A program made the translations under genes and the position numbers. Positions 18,701 to 27,268 of a stretch of DNA of 64,000 nt are shown here, one piece after another. Every line of letters begins with the position of its first letter. The stretch's first letter is position 1. This DNA is from a virus: IMG/VR virus record IMGVR_UViG_3300005366_000002, positions 40,106 through 104,105 of that record, one strand, 5' to 3'. The notes under the pieces were generated by a model, which saw nothing but the letters and a program-made list of their open reading frames with translations, made no database searches and was not told the DNA's origin.

Positions 18701-20634
18701 AGTTCGTGAACCGTTTCAAGACGGACCCGAAGATCCGCTGGATGATCGGCATCCGCAAGTCGCTCGAAGTCGGTCTGAACCTCCAGCAAGCCGGCTACCT
18801 GGTCCGCATGGAAGGCGTGTGGAACCCAGGCGAGCAGGAGCAGGGTGACTCCCGGATCGAACGCCCGAACTTCTCGGTTCAGGGCGACCAGCGGACAGAG
18901 CTGCTGTTCGACACGATCGTGGCCAACTACACGATCGACATCACCAAGGCCGCGCGTCTGCGTGCCAAGATCGTGGCGCTCGCCAAGTTCGACAACTCGC
19001 GGAACCCCGCGTACAACGACGAAGCGATCCCGCCGATCCCGGTCATCCCGATGAACCTGGAGACGATCAAGACGATGAACGACTTCAACTCGAACCTGGC
19101 CAAGTACCAGTCGTCGATGAAGGCGCTCAACGACATCACGCAGGCCGAGTATAAGGAGTACAAGGAGCAGACGATCGCCGAGGGCGGCTTCAAGTTCACG
19201 CAAGTCGAGCAGGCGCCGGTTCCTCCGGGTGCGGCCATGCTGGCCCGCGTGCCTTACGCCCAAGGCACCGAGCTCTACAGCGCCAAGGAGATGGGGCTGA
19301 TCCGCGTCGACAACTACCTGGGCATGGAGCTGACCCAGGAGGACGAGGAAGGCGACGACGAGACGCCGGAAGTCGAAGACGACAGCACCGACTCGGAAGT
19401 CGTGAAGGAGCAGCGCGCGAAGGTCATGGGCAAGCGTTGCCACTGCGAGTTCGGCGACGGTCGCATCAGCGGTGCGGCTGCGATCGGCGGCAAGGGCTTC
19501 GTGACCCGGATCAACGTGGCGCTCGACGACGGGACTGCGGCGGTCAAGCTGAAGGCGACCAACGTGTTCATCATGACGCGTACGGAGACCAACGGCATCG
19601 ACATGCGGAACAAGCTGGCGCAAGCGGCCGGCCTGGAGGTCACTGCTCCGATCACCGTGCCTGGTACGGTCATCCGCAATCGTCGCATCACCCGCAAGGA
19701 GATCGAGGAGCGCGAAGCCGAGCAGAAGAAGCAGGCGGTGCAGAAGAAGAGCCTGTTCGTCGAGAAGAAGTCGAAGCTGGCGGTCAACCTCGAGCTGACG
19801 CTGATGAACGGCTACATCCGGCTGTCCTACGCGATGGGCGAGAACGACACGGCGTCCAAGGCGCTCCAGGCCCTGGGCTTCCGCAAGGATCCCAGCTACT
19901 ACGAGACCCGCGTCCGCTCTGCGTCTCAGCTGATCAAGCAGGCGAAGCTCTGGGTGGAGCATGGTCTCGACACGACGAACGCGACCGACAACGACGCGTT
20001 CGAACTGCTGTTCGACGAGCTGCAAGGTGGCAACCTCTCGCACCCGAAGCTCTACACGCAGCTGGTGTCGAAGCCAGGGTTCAACAACTTCATGCGCCAG
20101 GAGTTCAAGCCGAGCGCCGACAAGACCAAGCTCAACCTGTTCGCCCTGGTCGTCAACGACGGCCACACGAACATGGCGGAGCAGGCCGACGCGGCGAAGC
20201 AAGAGCGTGAGCCCTCCTACGGTGTGATCTATATGTGCCTGCCCGCAGGCCCTGGTCACCCGGCTTCGAAGATCGCGATCAGCCCGCAGATGAAGCACCC
20301 GTCGACCCGCTGGTTCCTCAGCTCGCCGACGCTGTCCATCTTCGTCAACAACTCCATGGGAGCGCGGAAGGTGCTGAAGTCCATCATGGACGCCGGCATC
20401 GTCATCGAGAACATGGACGAGCTGAAGCGTGACAACGCGCGCCTCAAGCTGGCACGCCTCGCCAAGGACGACGAGTTCATCGACGTCCACGCTGATCCGG
20501 AGACCAACTCCGGTGATGACGACGAGGATCCGGACGAACGCCGCGAGCTCCAGCGCAAGACGAAGATGAACCGTGAGCAGGCTCCGAAGAAGCCGGTGAA
20601 GCCGGTGCCGAAGAAGCCTGCTGGTCGTCGCTGA
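15682..20634 (+). CDS. Very large SNF2-family SF2 helicase/translocase
   Basis: LLPHQ, DAGGGKS, VMCP, DESH, ASGT, EVGLNLQ, WNPGEQEQGDSRIER. Confidence 0.9.
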   Translation: MNTSTSAERQALVEAHLAVRPMTNLVPHEEFALTKEQLNSGFMGVFNWNYEGDPRKTLLKVALGPIMDMTAMITGKMPVGKTEEDRKNRKLKNQSLRKFAENRLKSNLAQYTTLQKVNKGDDSYFLVGLPIAKFTGPDSAAALISLFDGPALTEEGRANIESSMKNVDEKSVAVFPAAQALKGAGLAPKAMKVFSEALVDVRYKTVQGQGTMMFLTLKLDKAAAQYITSQDWVEIRPSDVYPLMVGWVEAEYVSVNYGKTSMSMSKIATTLPKHLPGDERVDAFNIGILTSGEPIWIPKECDNTERYESMYSAAGSKENGEFALRQLGQEVEPHLPNNIPILTDWVNNKFTYSNSVGKPVILDLAHLRKCTASMALNVLRRDMSEDYVKTISYYAKECRVSIAATDYGATSVLGAFGSKPNLEIGDYAVFAFKTWMEITKSAHLRYYDVMDSLTLKADNEGTPVTKDSIVDNPEMLLEPIARFIKALVPSMIANLEALFVRYAVKTMTEQLGLLALLANYGADLTKTTVESNTINKAALQQGVLPGWTPPPIPLLTSKFQSENGGLLPHQLKIRNILRDRPDLAALPVDAGGGKSMLAITDVLNEVAAGESAPYLVMCPSHLVANYVSEIVEFTDGKVNVIPVTTYNIQTTGLKRFQEILETAPINTILVVDYDCLKYMGRATVYGTSTIYVYPIVEMIRRFKPGYVFMDESHFLRNAGNARFKAVMTLVADIKKKRVASGTMNPDSPSDLPGQMAILDPTIFGTRAQFNAKYGDKVSGNRVLSWKTTGPDSINTVLPTLQNSVVWAPAKRKEWACALPPRRDRFLAVTLTDAQMAVYDALFDEMVESIRKKAETDKNAKKLLDKLTGKAATAEDEAAFSDLGGDKEKGDAEGGDDEEDEDEEDVGPALQPYLANIERFVSNPAWHPYAKHGFKDRNGKVHPPLSGEDLISPKARELAKQLKLYLDSHETKALIFTNYNETTDSLFNAMPEELRSCGLLYKTGNKTEFVNRFKTDPKIRWMIGIRKSLEVGLNLQQAGYLVRMEGVWNPGEQEQGDSRIERPNFSVQGDQRTELLFDTIVANYTIDITKAARLRAKIVALAKFDNSRNPAYNDEAIPPIPVIPMNLETIKTMNDFNSNLAKYQSSMKALNDITQAEYKEYKEQTIAEGGFKFTQVEQAPVPPGAAMLARVPYAQGTELYSAKEMGLIRVDNYLGMELTQEDEEGDDETPEVEDDSTDSEVVKEQRAKVMGKRCHCEFGDGRISGAAAIGGKGFVTRINVALDDGTAAVKLKATNVFIMTRTETNGIDMRNKLAQAAGLEVTAPITVPGTVIRNRRITRKEIEEREAEQKKQAVQKKSLFVEKKSKLAVNLELTLMNGYIRLSYAMGENDTASKALQALGFRKDPSYYETRVRSASQLIKQAKLWVEHGLDTTNATDNDAFELLFDELQGGNLSHPKLYTQLVSKPGFNNFMRQEFKPSADKTKLNLFALVVNDGHTNMAEQADAAKQEREPSYGVIYMCLPAGPGHPASKIAISPQMKHPSTRWFLSSPTLSIFVNNSMGARKVLKSIMDAGIVIENMDELKRDNARLKLARLAKDDEFIDVHADPETNSGDDDEDPDERRELQRKTKMNREQAPKKPVKPVPKKPAGRR

Positions 20635-20646
20635 CCTGCGCAGTCC

Positions 20647-20657
20647 GCAATTTCATG
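20647..20657 (+). promoter_or_regulatory. GCAATTTCATG motif, putative late promoter (class L)
   Basis: Intergenic; followed by hairpin GGGGCACC-CTCGC-GGTGCCCC; upstream of the protease operon. Confidence 0.65.
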
Positions 20658-20707
20658 AAGCACACGGGGCACCCTCGCGGTGCCCCTCCCAACATCAAGG
20701 AACAACC

Positions 20708-21223
20708 ATGCTGACCCTGAAGCAAGCAATGATCGAAGCCGGACACGTCCTCAGCGAGGGCGAAGGCTTCCTCGTCTCCGAGTTCCAGAAGGTCCGCGAC
20801 TTTCTCCACAGCTCGGGCTTCGCCCACATCGGCGACAACTTCCACCTCTACGAGCAGGAAGTGGCGAAGCGCGCTGCCACCGTGAAGACTGTCGTCGAGG
20901 ACGACGTCGCAAAGATCGAGGCGGCTGCGAAGAAGGCGGCGGAAGAAGCGGAGGCCGCCAAGGCCAAGGCCGAACAACTGGCGGCGGAAGCCAAGGCTGC
21001 CGAGGAGAAGGCCGTCGAGGAAGCGAAGAAGCTGGAAGCGGAGGCCAAGGCTGCCGCTGAAGCTGCTGCCGCCGAGACGGCGCGTGTCGCCGCGGAAGCT
21101 GCCGCCGCTGCGAACGCCGTCAAGGACGAGGCGACCAAGCTGGCCGGCCCTGCCGCTGAAGACGCCGAAGAAGGTGCGGCGTCCGAAGAAGCCGGCGACG
21201 CCGACCAAGCCCACAAGGAGTAA
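20708..21223 (+). CDS. Ala/Glu/Lys-rich coiled-coil protein
   Basis: Low-complexity helical sequence; AAGGA RBS. Confidence 0.7.
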   Translation: MLTLKQAMIEAGHVLSEGEGFLVSEFQKVRDFLHSSGFAHIGDNFHLYEQEVAKRAATVKTVVEDDVAKIEAAAKKAAEEAEAAKAKAEQLAAEAKAAEEKAVEEAKKLEAEAKAAAEAAAAETARVAAEAAAAANAVKDEATKLAGPAAEDAEEGAASEEAGDADQAHKE

Positions 21224-21226
21224 ACG

Positions 21227-21646
21227 ATGGCCCGAATCATTGGCAACGCCGGTCCCGGCATGAACCCGACGCGCACTGGTTCGGGTATCGACAAGCGCCG
21301 TTCCCCGTTCGCCCGCATCACGATCATCGCTGACGAAGACGGCGACGTCTTCCGTCTCCCGTCGTCCGATCTGTTCCCGAAGTTCGCCCAGGTCTACCAG
21401 GGCATCTTCGTGCAAGGCCAAGGGCTGACTGGTGGCACGGTCCAGGTGGACGCGACGCTGGTTCCCGCTGACCAGGCGCTGAACCCTGCGCAGGACACGC
21501 CGGAGACCGGCGAGCAGTCCATCTGGCACGCGGACACCACGGTGGCCGTCGGCAACGCGATCTCCAAGCTGAGCTGCCCGTGCCCCTCGGCTCTTCGCAT
21601 CACGTTCGCCAAGAAGGGCACGCTGCTCCACCTGGTGGGAGTCTGA
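21227..21646 (+). CDS. Probable virion structural protein
   Basis: Beta-rich 139 aa in the late operon; AGGAG RBS. Confidence 0.55.
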   Translation: MARIIGNAGPGMNPTRTGSGIDKRRSPFARITIIADEDGDVFRLPSSDLFPKFAQVYQGIFVQGQGLTGGTVQVDATLVPADQALNPAQDTPETGEQSIWHADTTVAVGNAISKLSCPCPSALRITFAKKGTLLHLVGV

Positions 21647-21647
21647 C

Positions 21648-22415
21648 ATGGGCTTTCCTCGACAATACTTCGACTCCGAAGAGCGAGCACGACTGCTGAC
21701 GGCGGCTCAGCTCATCAAGGGCGTCGGCATTTCCCAGGAGCCTGCGGTCGATCTGGAGCACGCTCCCGAGATCATCAGCCGTCTCGACTTCGAGACGTGG
21801 CTCCCGTTCGCGGCGAAGACGTACCACATCAGCCCGCGCATCGAGGACTACATCCTCAAGGCGATGCCGATCTGCCCGTCGGACTTCCCGAACCGCAACG
21901 GCATCGGGTTCCCGCTCGCCGAGCTGATCAAGTTCCAACCGCCGCCGATCAATCGACAGGTCTTCAAGGCCTGGACTGGCTGCCCGGTGCATCTGGAGCA
22001 TGACAACGAGGACTGCACCAAAGCCTACGGTGTGATCTTCGACACGGCGCTGACGGCGATCTCCAAGTACGGCCAGGGCAAGCACTACAAGGTCATGGGC
22101 CTCGTCGGGATCGACAAGACCAAGTACCCGGACATCGCGCAGGAGGTGATGGAGGGCAAGATCATCACCGGCTCCATGGGAGCGATGGCTGACGCGTTCA
22201 CCTGTTCCGTCTGCGGCCGTGAAGCCCACGAGAACAAGTTCATGAACTGCGGCCACGTGGGCTCCACCAAGGAGGTCAACTGGCGGTACGTGGACTACCA
22301 GGGCAAGCGCCACATCGCGTACCTCAACGCGCACGGCCTCTCGCCGATCGAGTACTCCCTGGTTCGCGACCCTGCGTGGGTCACGGCCCTGTCTGACCAC
22401 CAGATGAGCTGGTGA
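21648..22415 (+). CDS. Prohead maturation protease (assemblin/HK97-fold serine protease with zinc-ribbon insertion)
   Basis: PNRNGIGF, VHLEHD, GSMG, CSVCG...CGH, EYSLVRDPA; upstream of scaffold and capsid. Confidence 0.8.
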   Translation: MGFPRQYFDSEERARLLTAAQLIKGVGISQEPAVDLEHAPEIISRLDFETWLPFAAKTYHISPRIEDYILKAMPICPSDFPNRNGIGFPLAELIKFQPPPINRQVFKAWTGCPVHLEHDNEDCTKAYGVIFDTALTAISKYGQGKHYKVMGLVGIDKTKYPDIAQEVMEGKIITGSMGAMADAFTCSVCGREAHENKFMNCGHVGSTKEVNWRYVDYQGKRHIAYLNAHGLSPIEYSLVRDPAWVTALSDHQMSW

Positions 22416-22456
22416 CCTGAACTCAACGACCATCATCGACCATCATCGAGGAACTC

Positions 22457-22639
22457 ATGAAGAACCCGTACATCCGCAAGCTCGACCTGCAGGCGAAGTC
22501 GCGTCTGCAAGCCAGCACCAGTCTCCACGGAGACGACTACACGTCCGTGCCCAACGCCGAGAAGAACAGCGTCGGGCAGAAGCTGAACAACGGGGGCTCG
22601 GAAGCCCAGAAGGTCCAGCTGGCGTCCAAGAAGAAGTAA
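22457..22639 (+). CDS. Small leader-bearing protein
   Basis: MKNPYIRKLDLQAKSRLQAST; GAGGA RBS. Confidence 0.7.
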   Translation: MKNPYIRKLDLQAKSRLQASTSLHGDDYTSVPNAEKNSVGQKLNNGGSEAQKVQLASKKK

Positions 22640-22700
22640 CTCGACGAGCACCTTCAAGGGGCACGGAGGGAGGGACGTGCTTCACACTTGGTAGAAACCA

Positions 22701-23108
22701 ATGGGTACGACGCACTTGCAGAGGATCAGTGTCTCGCAGCGTGCGTACATCGCGATCGTGGTCGCGATGATGGACGGTCGTATGAAGCTGGACCAAGGAC
22801 CAGCTTCTACCGTCGCGCGCTACCTGCGGGCTCACAGGCCGCCCGAAGGGGTCCTGTGTCTGGTGGGAGAGTCTTTCAACGATCCGTTGCCCTTGCACTG
22901 CTTCTTGACCCACGTAGATGGGCGGAGGCTTGCCGACGCGAACAGAGTCTGCCGCATCCGCGGCCGGTTCTATGATTGGAAAGACAAAACAGGGAAGGCG
23001 ATGAGCGGAGTGATCACGACGAGGATCCACGTTCACGTGCTCTACGGAGGTCCTATGATCTCCGCTGCGGCACTCCGACAACGGAGGGCCACCGACTTAC
23101 GAACTTGA
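22701..23108 (+). CDS. Hypothetical protein with atypical codon usage
   Basis: Longest + ORF in the gap; weak RBS. Confidence 0.4.
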   Translation: MGTTHLQRISVSQRAYIAIVVAMMDGRMKLDQGPASTVARYLRAHRPPEGVLCLVGESFNDPLPLHCFLTHVDGRRLADANRVCRIRGRFYDWKDKTGKAMSGVITTRIHVHVLYGGPMISAAALRQRRATDLRT

Positions 23109-23124
23109 GACACTGGAGTGGTCA

Positions 23125-23610
23125 ATGCTCAAGGCGCTGAAGAACTTTCCGAAGACGTTGGTTGTTCCGGGGATCGCGCTGTTCGTAGGCGCGGTCACTG
23201 ACATGGCGATCAAGCCGGTGGGTCTTCCACCAGGCATGACGTTCTACGACCAGTCTGGTCTCCACGGATGGGGCGTGCTGCGCCTGATCTGCTTCGTCTG
23301 GATTGCCTTGTCCCTGGTGATCCTGGCAACGATCACGCAACGCGACGCCGGCGAACGACGGAACGAGGCGTTGAAGAAGCGAGGCTTCGTCCTCGCCAGC
23401 TTCTACTCCACGTTCGGTTGGTGGTGCTTCACCTTCAGCGGAGTGCTACTCCTCGGAGGTGATTGGAATGTCTACTCGTGGATCTTCGGGTTCGCGTGTT
23501 GCTTCACCGCTGTTCGTGCAGTTCTGATCTCCCTGCTCACCGCGTCGGAGATCTTGAAGCTGGAACGTCGCTGGCGCGCCATGCAAGACGAGTACGTTCT
23601 GCGGGAGTAG
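23125..23610 (+). CDS. Four-TM membrane protein
   Basis: Four hydrophobic segments; GGAG RBS. Confidence 0.65.
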   Translation: MLKALKNFPKTLVVPGIALFVGAVTDMAIKPVGLPPGMTFYDQSGLHGWGVLRLICFVWIALSLVILATITQRDAGERRNEALKKRGFVLASFYSTFGWWCFTFSGVLLLGGDWNVYSWIFGFACCFTAVRAVLISLLTASEILKLERRWRAMQDEYVLRE

Positions 23611-23640
23611 CGCTCTGCAGATGACCACAAGATGACAACG

Positions 23641-23673
23641 AAGCCGCACACCGGAAACGGGTGCGGCTTTTTT
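23641..23673 (+). terminator. Rho-independent terminator
   Basis: AAGCCGCAC...GTGCGGCTT stem followed by a T run. Confidence 0.85.
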
Positions 23674-23724
23674 CTTGGCCTGACAAACTGGTCGACCTGC
23701 CAAATCAGCCAAGAGTTGCGGGAT

Positions 23725-23734
23725 GCAATTTTAG
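23725..23734 (+). promoter_or_regulatory. GCAATTTTAG motif, putative late promoter of the scaffold-capsid operon
   Basis: Variant of the class L motif, between the terminator and the scaffold gene. Confidence 0.6.
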
Positions 23735-23833
23735 TCTGCGGGCGAACAGCCTGATTTCTAGCTGAGAAGGTTAGGCCCTGTGGACTAGTACACAGAGCCT
23801 AGCCGACTCGTTCATTCAACACAAGGAGTGCTC

Positions 23834-25330
23834 ATGACCAAGACAGTCCGAGCCGCTTCCACCACGATGACGCATGACGGCAACGACCTCAAGCTGAAGG
23901 TGGAGCAGGGCGACCAGGATCTGGAGAACTCGCAGAAGTCGATGATGCTCATCGACCCTGACGAGCTCGAAAGCGGCTTCACGCATTCGACGGAGACCCC
24001 CAAGATGCCGGGTGACAAGAAGGCGCCGACGACGGCTGCCGTCAAGAAGGTGGAGGCCACGGCCGCCAAGCCGGCACCGAAGGCCCCCGTGAAGGCCAAC
24101 GGCGCACCCGCGCAAGACCTGGTGGACAAGGAAGTGCCGAAGGGCGCTCCCGACGGCACCGTCGAGCTCGCGGAGCTGCCGAACGAGGAAGATCCCTCGG
24201 CCGGCTACCTCGAGAAGGAAGCGGGCATGCCCGTCCTGAACAACGCGTCGGTCGACGACAGCGAGTTCCACGACGAAGGCGAGAACGACATCGACAGCGC
24301 CAACGAGTTCGACGATCTGCCGAACATGACGGCCGCGCCGATGATGGACGAAGGCCTGGACGGCGAGTTCGAGGACCTGGGCACCGGTGAGCCGGTCGCC
24401 GACGAGAACGCGGTGGAAGCCGAAGGCATGGCCGGTACGCCGAACATGGCGCCGGCTGCCGAGTGCGCGGACTTCGCGTCCCCGGAATCGACCGCCGAGG
24501 AAATGCCGCTGCTGGACGTCGACGGCGTGCCGGACGACGAAGGCACCGACGACCTCGCGTTCGCCTGCGTGGCCGGCAACGTGCTGGTCCTCCGCAAGGA
24601 CCGCGTGATCGCTTCGATGGGCCCCAAGCAGGCCAAGAAGATCGGCGCTGCCGACGTCTACGACGGCGAGCAGTACCAGGCCGTGACGGCGCACGCGATC
24701 GAGCAGAAGGGCCTCCGCAAGGGCCTGGTGCAGCAAGGCTTCGTCCTGTCCAAGGTCAAGATGACGGCCAGCGCGGCGACCGCCAAGGTCGTGGCCGCCA
24801 AGGTGGAAGCGGGCCTCAAGGCACGTCACGAGCAGCTCGCTGCCCGCGACAAGGCCCTGGAGCACTCCATCGCGATCGCCTCCGTCGGCATCAACAAGCG
24901 CTTCTTCAAGGACGCGGAGAACCCGCTGAAGGACGCCCTGATCGCCGAGCTGAAGACCGCCGGCGTCCGTGGCGCCGAGAAGCTGGTCGCCAACGCGTTC
25001 GCCGAGCACGGCCCGGGCTACGCCAAGTCGATCATGACGCTGGCCAACCGCATCGTCGCTGCTCCGGAAGAAGTGCGCAACCAGTACGCTGACGCGCTGG
25101 ACATGACGTCCGACGAGGACTTCATGGACGACGAGCCGGCGATGGAAGTCGAGGGCGGCGAAGGCTGCATCGACGGCGAAGACGAGTTCGAGGACCTGGG
25201 CCACGGCGCGACCGTGACCGCTGCCCTCAGCGCTCCGTCGATTCGCAAGTACCCGGGCGCGCTGCTCGCCGGCATGAAGGACGCCGGCTCGCATGCCCTG
25301 CTCTTCGGCGACACCCCGCTCGTGGGCTGA
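23834..25330 (+). CDS. Capsid scaffold/prohead core protein
   Basis: Highly acidic, flexible plus helical; AAGGAG RBS; extreme codon bias; position between protease and capsid genes; many V-x-A sites. Confidence 0.7.
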   Translation: MTKTVRAASTTMTHDGNDLKLKVEQGDQDLENSQKSMMLIDPDELESGFTHSTETPKMPGDKKAPTTAAVKKVEATAAKPAPKAPVKANGAPAQDLVDKEVPKGAPDGTVELAELPNEEDPSAGYLEKEAGMPVLNNASVDDSEFHDEGENDIDSANEFDDLPNMTAAPMMDEGLDGEFEDLGTGEPVADENAVEAEGMAGTPNMAPAAECADFASPESTAEEMPLLDVDGVPDDEGTDDLAFACVAGNVLVLRKDRVIASMGPKQAKKIGAADVYDGEQYQAVTAHAIEQKGLRKGLVQQGFVLSKVKMTASAATAKVVAAKVEAGLKARHEQLAARDKALEHSIAIASVGINKRFFKDAENPLKDALIAELKTAGVRGAEKLVANAFAEHGPGYAKSIMTLANRIVAAPEEVRNQYADALDMTSDEDFMDDEPAMEVEGGEGCIDGEDEFEDLGHGATVTAALSAPSIRKYPGALLAGMKDAGSHALLFGDTPLVG

Positions 25331-25372
25331 TCGCAACCTCCCTCACCATCCGTTTCCCAACAGGAGATACAC

Positions 25373-26059
25373 ATGCTGTACCTGCCCCTCACGAAGATCG
25401 TCGACAGCGCCGAAGTGAACGTCGCCGCCGGTTCTTCCATCACCGCCGAAGGCCAAGCGCTGGTCCGCGCCGCCGGTGCCACCGCCTCGGGCGTGACCCC
25501 GTCGCAAGGCACCGCGGGCGAGATCTTCGTCGGCTTCTCGTTCGCCGGCCTGTCGGCCGCGCCGCTGCCCATCAGCTTCGCGTCCAAGGTCGAGCAGTTC
25601 GTCGTGCCGTCGTCCGGCACCATCCAGCTGGCCTTCACCCCGCAGAGCGGCCAGGTCTACGTCTACGACATCACCTCCGGCGCCGGCGTGCCGATCACCG
25701 GTGGCGTGACGCTCGTGGGCAACGCGATCAACGGCCTCACCGCCGGCGACAGCGTCCGCGTGACCTACCACTACGCCCTGTCGGTCGTGCAGGCCCGTGC
25801 CCTCCAGGGTGACGTGCAGCCCGGCGGCTACTCCGGCGCCTACGTCGGCCAGGTCGGCGCGATCAAGCGCGGCACGGTCTACACCGACTGCTTCGACGCG
25901 TCCAAGGACTGGTCGAACGTCGCCAAGGACGGCATCCTGCTGCAAGCGGGCGGCTACCTGACGACCTCCGGTTCCGGCGTGGCCCTGACCGGCGCCTACG
26001 TCGTCGCCATCCCGACCCAGGAAGTTCCGTTCCTGGGCCTCGAGTTCAGCGCCGTCTAA
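25373..26059 (+). CDS. Head decoration/cement protein
   Basis: Small-residue beta-rich protein directly upstream of MCP; extreme codon bias. Confidence 0.65.
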   Translation: MLYLPLTKIVDSAEVNVAAGSSITAEGQALVRAAGATASGVTPSQGTAGEIFVGFSFAGLSAAPLPISFASKVEQFVVPSSGTIQLAFTPQSGQVYVYDITSGAGVPITGGVTLVGNAINGLTAGDSVRVTYHYALSVVQARALQGDVQPGGYSGAYVGQVGAIKRGTVYTDCFDASKDWSNVAKDGILLQAGGYLTTSGSGVALTGAYVVAIPTQEVPFLGLEFSAV

Positions 26060-26098
26060 GCGTAGACGTCGACCACCCAACCACCTAGGAGCATCAAC

Positions 26099-27169
26099 AT
26101 GCAAAAGGCAACTCTCCGTGCCGCCAAGAACCCCGTCGTGCTGGCCACGGAGCTGAAGCTCGCCGGTTCCGACGAGTACGCGATCGGCCGCTTCGGTTCC
26201 GGCAAGGGCGAACTGAACGCGTCCAACAAGAAGGACCTGCTGGCCCAGCAGCAGAAGTTCCTGCAGGCCGCGTCGCAGGGCAACATGCTGGCGATCACGG
26301 CGGCCCAGTCCAAGGACATGGTGCACGCCGCGTTCAACAGCCCGGAAGCCCACCGCGTCCTCGGCGAGAAGATCAGCGAGTCGCTGTACATCACCGCGAA
26401 CCGCCAGGGCTTCATGCGCAAGTACCTCGCGAAGATCGACGTCCAGCAAGGCTCGATCCCGCGCTTCCCGCTGCGCACCAAGAACGTGACCGCCGTCTGG
26501 TCGACCTCGCCGACCAAGGTCGAGTCGCAGATCACCCGCGACAAGTGGTTCACGCCGCCCGAACTGTCGGTCGTGGCCCGCCCGTTCATCACGCAGATCG
26601 ACCTGCACCAGTCGAGCGGCGACCTCCTGCAGGAGAAGTACATCGAGGCCGTCGAGGCCACGATGGTCGCCGAAGATCGCCTGTACTACAACCAGCTGCA
26701 AGCGCTGGTGGGCGTCGACAACAACCTGACCATCGTGTCGGGCCAGCTGACGCCGTACTCGCTGATGACGGTCGTCACGAACGTCACCCGCTGGGGCCTG
26801 AAGGGCGCGCACCTGCTGATGGCGACGGACCTGTGGCAGGACGTGGTCGGCAACTCCGACTTCTTCACCGCCATCGACCCGGTGGCCCGCCACGAACTGC
26901 TGCTGACCGGCGAGCTGGGCACGATGTACGGCATGACCGTCACGTCGGACGCCTTCCGTCACCCGGAGCACAAGGTCCTGGGCCAGGGCGAGTTCTACGT
27001 GATCTCGGACGCGCTGAACCACGGCGCGTACTCGGATCGCGGCGGCCTCCAGTCGACCCCGATCGACATCTCGATGGAGAAGGTGCCGGGCCGCGGCTTC
27101 GTCGTGCACGAAGCGCTGGCCGTGTCGGTGGCGAACAGCCGCTCCTTCGCCAAGGGCTACCGCCTGTAA
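26099..27169 (+). CDS. Major capsid protein (HK97 fold)
   Basis: 356 aa, strongest codon bias, MVAEDR spine helix, GELGTMYGMTV A-domain pattern, synteny. Confidence 0.85.
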   Translation: MQKATLRAAKNPVVLATELKLAGSDEYAIGRFGSGKGELNASNKKDLLAQQQKFLQAASQGNMLAITAAQSKDMVHAAFNSPEAHRVLGEKISESLYITANRQGFMRKYLAKIDVQQGSIPRFPLRTKNVTAVWSTSPTKVESQITRDKWFTPPELSVVARPFITQIDLHQSSGDLLQEKYIEAVEATMVAEDRLYYNQLQALVGVDNNLTIVSGQLTPYSLMTVVTNVTRWGLKGAHLLMATDLWQDVVGNSDFFTAIDPVARHELLLTGELGTMYGMTVTSDAFRHPEHKVLGQGEFYVISDALNHGAYSDRGGLQSTPIDISMEKVPGRGFVVHEALAVSVANSRSFAKGYRL

Positions 27170-27268
27170 GCGGATGCGGCTGGGGAGGGATGTCTAGCCG
27201 TCTAAACTAGCTCCCTCCTCAGTCGGTCCACTCATCAGGCCTCAACCCTCAGCTCCAAGGAGATCGAC

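Noticed and set aside
15604-20490. Very long antisense ORFs (also 779-2944, 3514-6057, 8204-10663, 60024-63722 and + strand ORFs over the replication block)
   Set aside because: These are shadow frames caused by high GC3 codon bias opposite genes with clear motifs; they have no RBS or recognisable domains
20900-21200. Apparent tandem DNA repeats in the Ala/Glu/Lys-rich gene
   Set aside because: Explained by low-complexity helical protein coding; no exact repeat unit
22424-22450. Short direct repeat CGACCATCAT x2 before gene 22457
   Set aside because: Only two 10-nt copies, probably a slippage duplication; no supporting pattern elsewhere
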